Part shown: positions 11,484 to 21,599 of the stretch, piece by piece | How the letters are laid out: every line of letters starts with the position of its first letter | Position numbering within the stretch: the stretch's first letter is position 1 | DNA from: Alphaproteobacteria bacterium | GTDB lineage: Bacteria; Pseudomonadota; Alphaproteobacteria; UBA8317 | Length of the DNA stretch: 64,000 nt | Direction: 5' to 3' | Assembly: GCA_038131935.1 (NCBI GenBank) | Contig: JAYPQH010000017.1 | Span: forward strand, 97,235 to 161,234 | Position numbers and translations under genes: made by a program | The notes under the pieces: model-generated | What the model saw: the letters and a program-made list of their open reading frames with translations, nothing else | Databases searched by the model: none | Told to the model about the DNA's origin: nothing

Positions 11484-11731
11484 GCTATTTCTCCTCATAC
11501 AGCTGGATTATAGTATAGTGATCCAAAGTGCTTTCATCCATAATAACGCGTAAAAATGAAACAGAATATTTAAGAGCATGGGGTGAAAACATTGAGAATA
11601 AGGCGTTAAAGGCCGAAATGCTATGGTCTTTTGCTATTTTTTTTAGGGTTTCAAACAATGGGCATTGGCGAATAGGGGCTCCATTCGTTATGGCTAATAA
11701 TTGAATAGGGCGGTTTTGGAGTAACAATAGT

Positions 11732-13059
11732 ATGTTTGATTTGCTTATCAAAAACGGAAATGTCTGGGGACCAGCCGGCGCTGAAATCATGGATGTTGGC
11801 ATCATACAGGGTAAGATTCATGCGCTAGGTCATTTGGATCTTGCAGGAAAACAGATCATTGATGCCGATGGACTTGAGGTTATTCCCGGAGCTATTGATA
11901 CGCAGGTTCATTTCCGCGAGCCAGGCTTAGAGCAAAAAGAAAATCTAGAAAGTGGATCAAGAAGCGCGGTCTTAGGGGGTATAACGGGCTATTTTGAAAT
12001 GCCGAATACCAATCCTGGCACAACCACAAGGGACGCAGTTTTAGATAAATTACAACGAGCCCAGCAAAGCAGTTGGTGTGACTATGCTTTCTATGTGGGA
12101 GCTAGTGGGGACAACGTAGCTCAACTCCCTGAATTGGAAATGATGCACGGGGTTTGTGGAATTAAAATATTTATGGGCTCTTCAACGGGGAATCTTTTGG
12201 TTGCTGATGATGAAACCTTGTTACGCGTATTGCGCTCAGGAAGACGCCGCGTTGCTATTCATGCCGAGGATGAAGAGCGCTTAATTGACCGAAAGCCATA
12301 CCGGAAAATTGGTGACCCCTCCAGTCATCCTATATGGCGTGATCCAGAATCAGCGATCTTAGCTACGAAACGGATCATAAATTTATCAAAAAAGGCTCAT
12401 CGTCGCATTCACGTTCTTCACATCACAACATCAGACGAAGTGGACTTGCTTGCAAATGTGAAAGATCTCGTCTCCGCTGAAGTTACGCCCCAACATTTAA
12501 CGTTGTTTGCACCAGATTGTTATGACCGCTTGGGTACTTTGGCACAATGAATCCTCCTATCCGAGAGAATTCGCATAGGATAGGTCTCTGGCGTGGGGTG
12601 CAAACGGGTGTATTCGATGTTGTAGGATCTGATCACGCACCGCATACGCTTGAAGAAAAAGCACAAAAATATCCAGACAGTCCCTCAGGTATGACCGGTG
12701 TTCAAACATTACTTCCAGTCATGTTGCGTCATGTTTGCGAAGGTCGTTTGAGTATGCAAAGGCTGATTGATCTTACTTCAGCTGGGCCCGCAAGGCTATT
12801 TGGATTAATGGGAAAAGGTCGGATTGCTCGTGGATTTGATGCGGATTTAACGCTTGTCGACATGAAGGCACAACATGAATTTGATAATCTACAGGTAGGG
12901 TCGAGAACAAAATGGTCTCCTTTTGCAGGCGAGGTATTTCCCGCTTGGCCGGTTTATACGATTGTGAGAGGTCATGTTGTTATGAAGGAAGGGAGGCTTC
13001 AGGAGCCTAATGCTCAAGCCATAAGGTTTTTTGAAACAGAACAAGTTCGAGCCGATTGA
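11732..13059 (+). CDS. pyrC: dihydroorotase (frameshift at ~12547)
   Basis: DTQVHFREPG, EMPNT, KIFMGSSTG, EVTPQHL, then (Q)MNPPIR, GSDHAPH; restoring one A in CAATG fuses the two ORFs. Confidence 0.92.
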
Positions 13060-13078
13060 GAATGCTGGGTAAATTTTT

Positions 13079-13705
13079 ATGCTGGGGACGCTAATCAACG
13101 GTATTATTATTGGGATTTTTGTGGCTGCCCCAGTTGGGCCCGTGAATATAATCTGTATACAAAGAACATTACGCCACGGTCGATTGAATGGTTACCTTGC
13201 TTCTTTGGGGGCTGTTCTTGGCGACACATTATTTGCTTTAGCAGCTTGGTTGCAATTCGGCGCCATCAGAAATTTTCTAACCATCTATGGTGCAGAAATA
13301 CAAACAATTGGTGGTTTGTTTTTACTTCTTGTTGGTTGCATAGGTTTCATCCGTGTGCAGTCAAAAATTCCGGACACTAAGTCTTGGAACGATGATACGG
13401 GGCTTTATAGATCTATTTTCATGACGTTCATCATGACCATCACAAATCCCATGGCATTGCTTGGCATGCTGGCATTATTTGCAGGTGCAGGTGGCTTTAT
13501 GAATCAAGGTGGACCGTCGCAAACCGGTTATGAAATTATCATAGGTGTTGGACTTGGCGCTTCATTATGGTGGCTTTTTTTAATTGCTATGATTGGGTAT
13601 TTTCATGGTAGAATGAAAGACAATTTCTTGCGACGGATAAGCCAATTTTCTTCCCTTGCCATTTTAGCTTTTGCGGTTTTTGTTCTTATTTCTGCTTGGT
13701 ACTGA
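13079..13705 (+). CDS. LysE/RhtB family translocator
   Basis: AAPVGPVNIICIQRTL..G, TITNP, about six TM segments. Confidence 0.88.
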   Translation: MLGTLINGIIIGIFVAAPVGPVNIICIQRTLRHGRLNGYLASLGAVLGDTLFALAAWLQFGAIRNFLTIYGAEIQTIGGLFLLLVGCIGFIRVQSKIPDTKSWNDDTGLYRSIFMTFIMTITNPMALLGMLALFAGAGGFMNQGGPSQTGYEIIIGVGLGASLWWLFLIAMIGYFHGRMKDNFLRRISQFSSLAILAFAVFVLISAWY

Positions 13706-13730
13706 CCCTCCACAACAGATAACTATCATT

Positions 13731-13762
13731 TGAAAAATGTACTTGTTTTGAGCAAGTACATT
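13731..13762 (-). terminator. intrinsic terminator for the minus-strand LOG-sua5-FAD oxidoreductase operon
   Basis: Perfect 10-bp inverted repeat AATGTACTTG (13736-45)/CAAGTACATT (13753-62), ending in a T-run on the minus strand. Confidence 0.6.
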
Positions 13763-13842
13763 GATCTGGCTTACAACAATGGGCCCTTCATTACTGGCTT
13801 GGGGCTTATTGTGTTTTCAAGACTATTGTTCAACCTGAAACG

Positions 13843-15282
13843 CTATGAAGCAGCTGCAATCTGCTCCAATAAGATACGGTCTGGATTAAATATATTGTTT
13901 GGGTCGAGTGCTTGTTTAATTGCGCGCATCATCTGGATGTCATGGGGGGATTTAAATCGCAATAGTTCTGCATTTTTCAACACGCCTATGCCGTGCTCAG
14001 CACTTATAGATCCACCAATTGATACCACAAGGTCGTGGATTTGTTCATTCATATTGACCCAGCGAGATAAAAAATCTTCTTTGTCCATGTCATCAGGCTG
14101 GGAAACATTATAGTGCAGGTTGCCATCACCGAGATGTCCAAAAGCAACGATGTGAGACCCAGGAGCAATGTTTTCCACAATTTTTGCCGCATCATCCATA
14201 AATTGAGGAATAAGTTGCACTGGCATAGAAATATCATGTTTGATTGAGCCGCCGGCATATTTTTGCGCTTCGGATAGGTCTTCTCTGATGAGCTTCATCT
14301 CTTTTGCTTGGGTATCATTTTGAGCCCAAGCGGCATCAAAAATTAAGTTGGCTTCGAAGGCTGTTGTAAGGAATGTTTCGGTCAGCCCATGCAAGGCACC
14401 TGGTTCCTGCCCCCCGTCAAATTGTAAAAGGACATACCAAGGATATTTTTTATCGAGAGGATCTCGACGCCCTGCAATATGTTGTACAACCAAGTCTAAC
14501 CCAAACTGTGGAATGAGTTCGAACATAGAGAGTTGGTCTTGTGCGATTGTCTGGGCATGCTTCAATAATTCCACGGCCATAGATGGGCTTTCTAACCCCA
14601 TCATAATTGTTTGATTGTCCCTTGGGCGAGAAAACAACTTGAGACTTGCGGCCGTAATAATTCCTAGAGTGCCTTCAGACCCTATCATGAGATGTCTAAG
14701 ATCATAGCCTGTATTGTCTTTGCGAAGCCCAGATAAGCCGTTGTGAATGGCACCATCTGCGGTGACGAACTCTAGCCCTAAACATAAGTCACGCATGTTG
14801 CCATAACGTAAAACGGCGGTGCCCCCGGCGTTGGTTGCAAGGTTGCCACCAATTGTACAGCTACCTTCAGATGCCAAAGATAAGGGGAATAATCGGTCTT
14901 CTCGGGCGGCAGCCTCTTGAACATCAAGAAGAGTCATTCCCGCATCCACGGTGATGGAATTGTTGGCAGGTTCTAATTTTCGAACTTGATTCATGCGTTT
15001 TGTTGATAGGATGAATTCTTGTCCATTACGTGGGATTTGGCCCCCGACGAGCCCAGTGTTTCCGCCTTGGGTCACCAAATGTCCACCATTTTCAGAAATA
15101 ATACGCACGATTTTACTGACCTGTTCAGTAGAGCGTGGCATGAGTGCAGCAGCTGTTTTGCCAAAGAATTTGTCACGCCACTCTCGTAACATAGGTGCCA
15201 AAATATCTTCATCTGTTATGACAATATCTGGTCCAAACTCTGACATTAAGATGTCTAGGCTTTGTGGTGATATGGTGGTCAT
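13843..15282 (-). CDS. FAD-binding oxidoreductase (D-2-hydroxyacid dehydrogenase family)
   Basis: QGGNTGLVGG, GSCTIGGNLATNAGG, LRKDNTGYDL, GSEGTLGIIT, GHLGDGNLH, SAEHGIG. Confidence 0.92.
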   Translation of the reverse strand: MTTISPQSLDILMSEFGPDIVITDEDILAPMLREWRDKFFGKTAAALMPRSTEQVSKIVRIISENGGHLVTQGGNTGLVGGQIPRNGQEFILSTKRMNQVRKLEPANNSITVDAGMTLLDVQEAAAREDRLFPLSLASEGSCTIGGNLATNAGGTAVLRYGNMRDLCLGLEFVTADGAIHNGLSGLRKDNTGYDLRHLMIGSEGTLGIITAASLKLFSRPRDNQTIMMGLESPSMAVELLKHAQTIAQDQLSMFELIPQFGLDLVVQHIAGRRDPLDKKYPWYVLLQFDGGQEPGALHGLTETFLTTAFEANLIFDAAWAQNDTQAKEMKLIREDLSEAQKYAGGSIKHDISMPVQLIPQFMDDAAKIVENIAPGSHIVAFGHLGDGNLHYNVSQPDDMDKEDFLSRWVNMNEQIHDLVVSIGGSISAEHGIGVLKNAELLRFKSPHDIQMMRAIKQALDPNNIFNPDRILLEQIAAAS

Positions 15283-16232
15283 GGTTTTTCTCCATTGGCT
15301 TGCGCAGCACGCTGTAATCGTTCGTTAATGGCAAGGCCTAGGCCTGTTTTGGGTATAGGTGCTACCGCAATAGTAGTAGCCAACTGTCGATCTGCTTCTC
15401 TCAAAGCGTGGAAGAGGAGTCGAGCTGCTTCATCAAGGTTTCTCGACGGTGAGAGATTGAAATCAACATTACCTTGATTTGATCCAAAACCGATGAAAAA
15501 ATCAACATAACCGCGCCTTTGTCTGTTCAGGTAAAGTTTTCCCTTTGGTGCATAATGGCGATGACGCATTCCAGGAGAAGGTGAGTCTTCATGGTTTTGA
15601 GAAATAACAGGTGCAAATCTCTCAAGTTGTTCAATGGTAATCATTCCAGGGCGGTAGAGATATATGCGCTCCTCTAAGCAGCTGATAACGGTACTTTCTA
15701 GTCCTCCTGGACATGGGCCGGCATCCACAAATGCAGGTATGTCGGACCGTTGATCTGCCATAATATGCTCTATTCTTGTTGGGCTGGGTCTGCCTGATAT
15801 GTTCGCTGAAGGAGCTGCCAATGGTCCTGCTTGGTTGATGAGGTATTGAAAAGTTTGGTGTGCAGGTGCCCTCACAGCCAAGGTTTTATGGCCGGCGAGT
15901 ACAGATGGAGCAACCCCATGGTCGGGCTTCAAGGGCATGACCAAAGTGAGTGGGCCAGGCCAAAATTCCTCTATCAATCTAGATGATAGAGGATCTACTG
16001 AGACCATTGTTTCCGCCATCTCAAGGTTGGTTACATGGACGATAAGTGGATTATCGCTTGGCCGTCCTTTGGCCTTAAAAATGGCATCCACTGCTTGTGT
16101 GCTGAAGGCGCGACCCGCCAAACCATATACAGTCTCGCTTGGCACAATAATACATTGCGAACTGCATAAAAGGGATGCTGCCTCTTCTAAATCTTGATGG
16201 TTGCTCGCTTGTAAATATTTCATTGCAATCAC
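15279..16232 (-). CDS. tsaC: L-threonylcarbamoyladenylate synthase (Sua5 type)
   Basis: PSETVYGL, KGRPSDNPLIVH, FWPGPLT, APSANISG, GLESTV, SPGM..RHYAP, AINERL.RAA. Confidence 0.95.
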   Translation of the reverse strand: MIAMKYLQASNHQDLEEAASLLCSSQCIIVPSETVYGLAGRAFSTQAVDAIFKAKGRPSDNPLIVHVTNLEMAETMVSVDPLSSRLIEEFWPGPLTLVMPLKPDHGVAPSVLAGHKTLAVRAPAHQTFQYLINQAGPLAAPSANISGRPSPTRIEHIMADQRSDIPAFVDAGPCPGGLESTVISCLEERIYLYRPGMITIEQLERFAPVISQNHEDSPSPGMRHRHYAPKGKLYLNRQRRGYVDFFIGFGSNQGNVDFNLSPSRNLDEAARLLFHALREADRQLATTIAVAPIPKTGLGLAINERLQRAAQANGEKP

Positions 16233-17071
16233 AAAAGACTTAGTGATGGTTCATCCATACCAGCACCAGGGTTTAAAACCGCCCAACTCGCTAATTGTTG
16301 TGTAAGCCAAGTAAAGCCCTCATCGATATCATCTGTCATATGAAGATAAGATAAAGTTTTTTCACTGATTACACCATGGTCTATCATGGCGTTAAAATTG
16401 ATGACTTGTGTCCAATATTTTTTGTTTAACAATAAAATGGGGCATGGTCTGTCAATTTTCTGATTTTGGAGGAGGGTGAGTATTTCAGAAAATTCATCAA
16501 TGGTTCCAAAACCACCTGGGCAAACCACAACAGCCTTCGACAAATATGTTAGCCAAAACTTTCGCATAAAAAAATAGTGAAATTGAAAGCTTAATTCTGG
16601 GTCAATATAGGCATTCGGTTCATGTTCACCTGGTATGGCAATGGACATTCCTATTGAAGGTGTGCCCGCGTCTTTTGCGCCACGGTTGGCAGCTTCCATA
16701 ATACCTGGGCCACCACCTGTTACGATGGCAAACCTGGTGCCCATTTCATCTGATGAGTATGTCTTGCTCCATTGAGCCAGTGAATAGGCAAGCTTTTGGG
16801 CATCTTCGTACGCATGTTGGAGTGAAAGTTTTTGCCTTAATGCTTGTATTTCGGCTGGGTCTGTCGTGTTCGCCAATCGTTCTTGTAATGAATGAGCTTC
16901 TTCTGGGGAAGGGATGCGTGCGGATCCAAAAAAGACAATCATGTCCTGAATTTTGTGCATTTTTAAACGATCCAGAGGATCCATATATTCTGCCATTATT
17001 CTCAATGGTCTGGCCGTGGAGCTATTCATAAAAGATGAATTGTCAAACGCTTTTGGTGGTCTACGAGACAT
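16229..17071 (-). CDS. LOG family nucleotide phosphoribohydrolase (TIGR00730-like)
   Basis: FFGSAR, TGGGPGIMEAANRGA, FHYFFMRK, PGGFGTIDE. Confidence 0.9.
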   Translation of the reverse strand: MSRRPPKAFDNSSFMNSSTARPLRIMAEYMDPLDRLKMHKIQDMIVFFGSARIPSPEEAHSLQERLANTTDPAEIQALRQKLSLQHAYEDAQKLAYSLAQWSKTYSSDEMGTRFAIVTGGGPGIMEAANRGAKDAGTPSIGMSIAIPGEHEPNAYIDPELSFQFHYFFMRKFWLTYLSKAVVVCPGGFGTIDEFSEILTLLQNQKIDRPCPILLLNKKYWTQVINFNAMIDHGVISEKTLSYLHMTDDIDEGFTWLTQQLASWAVLNPGAGMDEPSLSLL

Positions 17072-17186
17072 TAAATTTTCTCCACTACAAGATGGCGCGG
17101 TGCGGTGTCATCTGTCTATTCTCTACCTGCAAATAACACCTGTTGCCAAATGCTATGTTATCTGTATAAAAGCTCAACTCTGCGAT

Positions 17187-17261
17187 TGGGGTGTAGCCAA
17201 GCGGTAAGGCAGCGGTTTTTGGTACCGCCATGCGCAGGTTCGAATCCTGCCACCCCAGCCA
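17187..17261 (+). tRNA. tRNA-Gln (anticodon UUG)
   Basis: Acceptor TGGGGTG/CACCCCA, D-arm GCCAAGCGGTAAGGC, anticodon stem GCGGT/ACCGC with TTG, T-loop GGTTCGAATCC, encoded CCA. Confidence 0.97.
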
Positions 17262-17406
17262 TTCAAACATGGTTCTTTATTTTTACATTAAAAAATACAA
17301 GCTATCTTACCTCATAGGAATAACCTTTGGCTGCGTCCCTTGCGTCATTAGGAATGATTGGTCAGTATGTTTCTAAGTATTTATCTCAAAACTGGGGAAA
17401 CGTAGC

Positions 17407-18357
17407 ATGTTTAAAAAGATTATTTATCCTCTTGCGGCGCTATCACTTATGATTGGTACAGCGGGTGCTGAAACACGAGTAACTTACAAATCGGCAAAGT
17501 CAACGTCTTCTTATTACCAGATGGCTGTTCAAATTGCTGAGGCAATGAAGTCTGGGACAGACGGCAATGTCATCGTAACGGTCGAGGAAAGCCAAGGCTC
17601 AGTTCAAAATGTTATGGAGTCGGCTGCAAGACCAGGGAATTTTGTGTTCACGACACCACCTGTTTTGGTCAAATTGGCACAGTCAGGTAAGGCTATGTTC
17701 AAGGATAAGCAAAATCCAAAGTTTGATACCATACGTGCTTTGTTTCCTATTCCTTCTCTTACCATGCATTTTGTTTTGTCAGGAAATGGTAACAATGCTT
17801 CATTTGCTGAACTTGAGGGCAAAAAAATATTGTTGGGCAAGGGGTCATTTGGTGCGCGTGAGGGTGCCAAATATCTAAAAATGTTTGGACTTGATGAAAA
17901 GGTTTCTCTAGCAGAGGTTGAACTTTCCAATGCAGTTCCAGCTTTGAAGAATGGACAGATCGATGGTTTCGTCACAGCAGGATCTTACCCTGCGCCAAAT
18001 GTGATTGAGGCTGCGGCTTCAACTTCTGTACGGTTGGTCTCTCTAAGTGATGAAGAAATTACCCAGACCAAGCGAACGAAAATTACCATTCCAGCTGGCA
18101 CATATGCTGGGCAGACAAATGACATTCAAACCACCTCTTTGCCAGTTGTTGCCTACACCACAACCCAAATGGATGATGCGACAGCCTATCAACTTACCAA
18201 AACATATTGGGAAGGAAAAAAGGCAATGGGATCAGCCGCACGTTGGTGGGATGGAGTTGATGGATCCATGTTGGCGAATATAAGTGGTAAAATCCATGCC
18301 GGCGCCCAGCGTTATTATGACGAGATAGGATTATCTTTGGCTGATCATCATCGTTGA
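17407..18357 (+). CDS. TAXI-family TRAP transporter substrate-binding protein
   Basis: Signal peptide (..AGA|E), S..SSYY, ESQGSVQN, LKNGQIDG, IPAGTYAGQ, IHAGAQRYY. Confidence 0.88.
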   Translation: MFKKIIYPLAALSLMIGTAGAETRVTYKSAKSTSSYYQMAVQIAEAMKSGTDGNVIVTVEESQGSVQNVMESAARPGNFVFTTPPVLVKLAQSGKAMFKDKQNPKFDTIRALFPIPSLTMHFVLSGNGNNASFAELEGKKILLGKGSFGAREGAKYLKMFGLDEKVSLAEVELSNAVPALKNGQIDGFVTAGSYPAPNVIEAAASTSVRLVSLSDEEITQTKRTKITIPAGTYAGQTNDIQTTSLPVVAYTTTQMDDATAYQLTKTYWEGKKAMGSAARWWDGVDGSMLANISGKIHAGAQRYYDEIGLSLADHHR

Positions 18358-18378
18358 TTTTGGAAGTCATCCAATTGA

Positions 18379-18418
18379 GGGGACGTTTTGCCATGGGTAA
18401 AACGTCCTTTTGTTATTT
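18379..18418 (+). terminator. intercistronic hairpin plus U-tract between binding protein and permease
   Basis: GGACGTTTT (18381-89)/AAAACGTCC (18399-407) stem followed by TTTTGTTATTT. Confidence 0.65.
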
Positions 18419-18424
18419 AGGAGT

Positions 18425-20187
18425 ATGATGTTGCAACGTTTTTGGGTCTTGTGGGGCTTTTTAATTGTGGTGTTCCATCTGGGGCTCATCGGTTGGGGCT
18501 TGGTCCCCAATTTGGTGGCAAGACCCTTACACCTAGCTTTGGCGATCCCTTTTATCATGTTTGTCGTGCCTCGCTGGAGTTTTTGTATGGATGCCAAATT
18601 CTGCTCGGCATCCTTATGATGATCAGTTGCTTTTATGTGGCGTTGGCCCATGACCAACTCTCAGATCAATACGGATTTTTAACAGGAGATATACAGTTTA
18701 TCATGGCTGGGGTTTTGCTCCTAGGTGTCCTTGTTATGGCCAAGCAAGCTATTGGTTGGCCTCTTCCCATTGTTGCTACACTCGCACTTCTTTATGGTCT
18801 CTTCGGTGAGTATGTTCCTGGAGAATTTGGCCACCCAGGTATTCCTCCAAATATCTTTTTAGGCACCTTAACAATTGCAGAAGGTGGCCTCTGGGGAAGC
18901 CTCACAGCTGTATCAGTAGAAATTGTTGCTGTGTTTGTGATTCTTGGTGCTGTGATGAATGCTGGTGAAGCAGGGCAGGGATTTATGAATATTGCGGGCT
19001 TCCTTGCAGGTCGGTTGCGGGGTGGAGCCGCAAAAATTTCTCTTCTTTCGTCAGCATTGTTTGGTTCTATTTCAGGGTCAGCATCTGCGAATGTTGCGTC
19101 TACCGGTATTGTGACACTTCCGACAATGAAGAGATTAGGTTATCCCTCCTCATTAGCAGGTGCTGTTGAGGCTGTTGCCTCTTCTGGAGGTCAAATCATG
19201 CCTCCACTGATGGGGGCGGGTGCTTTTGTCATGGTTGAGCTGACGGGCGAGAGTTACACAACGATTATGTCTGCTGCTTTTTTACCTGCATTGTTGTATT
19301 TCTTTACTGTGTGGATGGGTATTGATGCTTATGCTCAGCGCTTAAATCTCTCGCCCTTACCTCGTGATGAACGACCAACAATGGTTGCTACATTGTCCAC
19401 AAGTGTTTTTTTCATCGTACCTTTTATTCTGTTACTGCTGCTTCTATTTGTAGGTGGCTTCACCCCCTCCTGGGCTGCTGGGGTTACTGTGCTGTTGGCT
19501 ATTTTTTTACTGGTGCTATCTCCACAAGGGCTGCAAAAAAAGAATGTTGTATTGAGTCGCTTCGAACAAGCGCTGTTGGCATGCGGAAAACAGGTGGCAA
19601 TGATTGCTTCTATTATTGTGTGCGCGGCCATTATTGTGGGTGTTCTCTCCCTAACGGGGCTTGGCGTTAAGTTAACATCTACCATCTTAGGGGCCGCACA
19701 GGGATCGTTGTTTTTGGCATTATTGTTTACGGCACTCGCCTGTCTTCTTTTGGGAATGGAAGTGCCTACCACAGCTGCTTACGTCATTTGTGTATCTGTC
19801 GCTGGTCCTGCACTCATAGATCTCGGCCTTCCTATTCTCGTTGTACATTTTTTTGTGTTCTGGTTTGCATTGTTGTCTACGATTACCCCGCCTGTATGTG
19901 GGGCTGTCTTTATCGCAGCGAGCATTGCGGAGGCTAATTGGCTGGCTACCGCAGTGAAAGCGATGATACTTGGTGTAGGGCTTTATGTAATACCCTTTGG
20001 GATGGTGATTGCCCCCGAAATCTTATCCTTTGGTGAAGATCCACTTCAGGCGATATTACAAGCATTTTGGCTTGGTGTTACGCTATGGTGTCTGTCATTT
20101 GCGCTGATTGCCAAACATCTTTGGTATATTAGAGTGGCGCTTTTGGGGATCTCGCTTGGGAATTTTGTCTGGCTTTCCTATGGTTGA
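18425..20187 (+). CDS. TRAP transporter fused 4TM/12TM permease (frameshift near 18570-18600)
   Basis: AGGAG RBS; GGAAK..LLSSALFGSISGSASANV, EAVASSGGQIMPPLMGAGAF, LGMEVPTTAAY, STITPPVC. Confidence 0.9.
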
Positions 20188-20253
20188 TGTATTCCTTGCA
20201 GCGATGAACAAGTTATTTCCCAAGGAAGGTTAACGATCTCTCTTTACGCAAGG

Positions 20254-21120
20254 TTATTGAGCTTGAAGTTGTTTTAAGACAGGTCGTAGATAGGTTAAAA
20301 ATTTTTCAGGATTCTCGCTCATGGGGAAGTGACCTAGTTCAGGCATAGGGATGAATTGAGCTGATAATTTTGAGGCCAATTCTTTGGCATCTTCCAGCGT
20401 TGCTGAATAATCATATGCGCCCGACATCAGAACAATAGGGCCTGTCTTTTGTTCTGAAATAAATTCTATATCGTGATCTGTTAAGCGCCCGTCCCATTTG
20501 TAGAAATGCAGATCACCTTTAAAAACACCTGGTCCCGATTGCATATAATGCCACATGGTCTCATACATGTCGGCATTTGGGCTTGTTGGTGCCATAAGAC
20601 CATAAGCAATCGCACCACAAATTTCACCACCATGCACATCATGTCGATGAAGCCAATCAACATCATAATATGGTGGCACGTCTGGTGAAGATTGAAGGCC
20701 CAAAAATGCACGAAACCTATTGGGATAATCTCGAGCCAAATGCAGTATGACCCTTCCTCCAATAGAACAACCCATAACAATAGGGCGTTCGAGATTTAGT
20801 CCGTCTATAAACGAAATGATTGTGGCCATATATTTGGAAGCCTTTAACTCGTAAGCATCCCAAGCCTTCTCAGATGGAGGTGAAGATTTGCCATGATAGG
20901 GTAGATCAAATGCTAAAACCCGAAAATGACGTGTGATCTCTGGATCGTTCAAGATAGCGCGATATTGTCGGCTGTCTGAGCCAGCGGTATGTAAGCATAC
21001 AAGAGGAATGCCACGACCAGCTTCTTCCCAATATATGCGATGCATGGTGCCATCTATGTCAAAATGACCATAGTGCCCTGTGATATGTTCTATTTTGCTA
21101 TCATATGTTGGCCGCCTCAT
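20254..21120 (-). CDS. alpha/beta-fold hydrolase
   Basis: LHTAG, FDLPYHGKS, nucleophile elbow GCSIGG, acid GAYD, His in GHFPMSENP. Confidence 0.9.
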   Translation of the reverse strand: MRRPTYDSKIEHITGHYGHFDIDGTMHRIYWEEAGRGIPLVCLHTAGSDSRQYRAILNDPEITRHFRVLAFDLPYHGKSSPPSEKAWDAYELKASKYMATIISFIDGLNLERPIVMGCSIGGRVILHLARDYPNRFRAFLGLQSSPDVPPYYDVDWLHRHDVHGGEICGAIAYGLMAPTSPNADMYETMWHYMQSGPGVFKGDLHFYKWDGRLTDHDIEFISEQKTGPIVLMSGAYDYSATLEDAKELASKLSAQFIPMPELGHFPMSENPEKFLTYLRPVLKQLQAQ

Positions 21121-21478
21121 CTGGGCTCATTCGTAAACATGCTAAAAGTAGCTTAAAATACAAAAGGTGGGTCATAAACGGTTGTAAGTTTCCGTGGACT
21201 TGTAATCTTTTACGCCGTAACAATGCCATCAAATCATGATAACCTGGTTTTGGTATAGGCTGCATAAATTCAATCCAAGCTTCTTCATCTGCCATGATGG
21301 AAAAATGCGCGCTGGCCATCACAAATGGTCCCTTTGATACATCTATGATGATACCATCATGAATGCTGATGAGCCATTCATCTTGGGACATTCCCACAAT
21401 GAGCTTTGTCGTTAATCCACGACCTAATGGCAATATTCTAGGATCAGCATGCTGCGCAGCTATCAATTGTTCGAACAT
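21101..21478 (-). CDS. small SCP2 (sterol carrier protein 2)-like lipid-binding protein
   Basis: C-terminal DLMALLRRKRLQVHGNL resembles the SCP2 'GKLKI.GD' end; beta-rich 125 aa; overlaps hydrolase start. Confidence 0.55.
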   Translation of the reverse strand: MFEQLIAAQHADPRILPLGRGLTTKLIVGMSQDEWLISIHDGIIIDVSKGPFVMASAHFSIMADEEAWIEFMQPIPKPGYHDLMALLRRKRLQVHGNLQPFMTHLLYFKLLLACLRMSPDEAANI

Positions 21479-21553
21479 GGCATTCCTCATTTGGTTTGGC
21501 ATCATATTGTGATGAGTCTCGACTTCTAATCAAGTCCTTGCCAATCGTTTCAT

Positions 21554-21582
21554 TTGACGTAACGATAAAGCGTAATTAGAAC
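21554..21582 (+). promoter_or_regulatory. putative sigma70 promoter for the OYE-MBL operon
   Basis: TTGACG-N17-TAGAAC, 17 nt upstream of the ATG at 21600. Confidence 0.45.
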
Positions 21583-21599
21583 GATAGAGGTCTTGGTTC

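Noticed and set aside
11485-11805. 106-aa minus-strand ORF in the ygfZ-pyrC divergent spacer
   Set aside because: Overlaps the pyrC start antisense, has no RBS or motif; region better explained as divergent promoters
12540-12555. Programmed frameshifting or split genes in pyrC (likewise petB, prs, dxs)
   Set aside because: No slippery heptamer or stimulatory structure; same pattern as genome-wide indel errors
17085-17317. Short ORFs on both strands over the tRNA
   Set aside because: Spurious translations of the tRNA-Gln sequence
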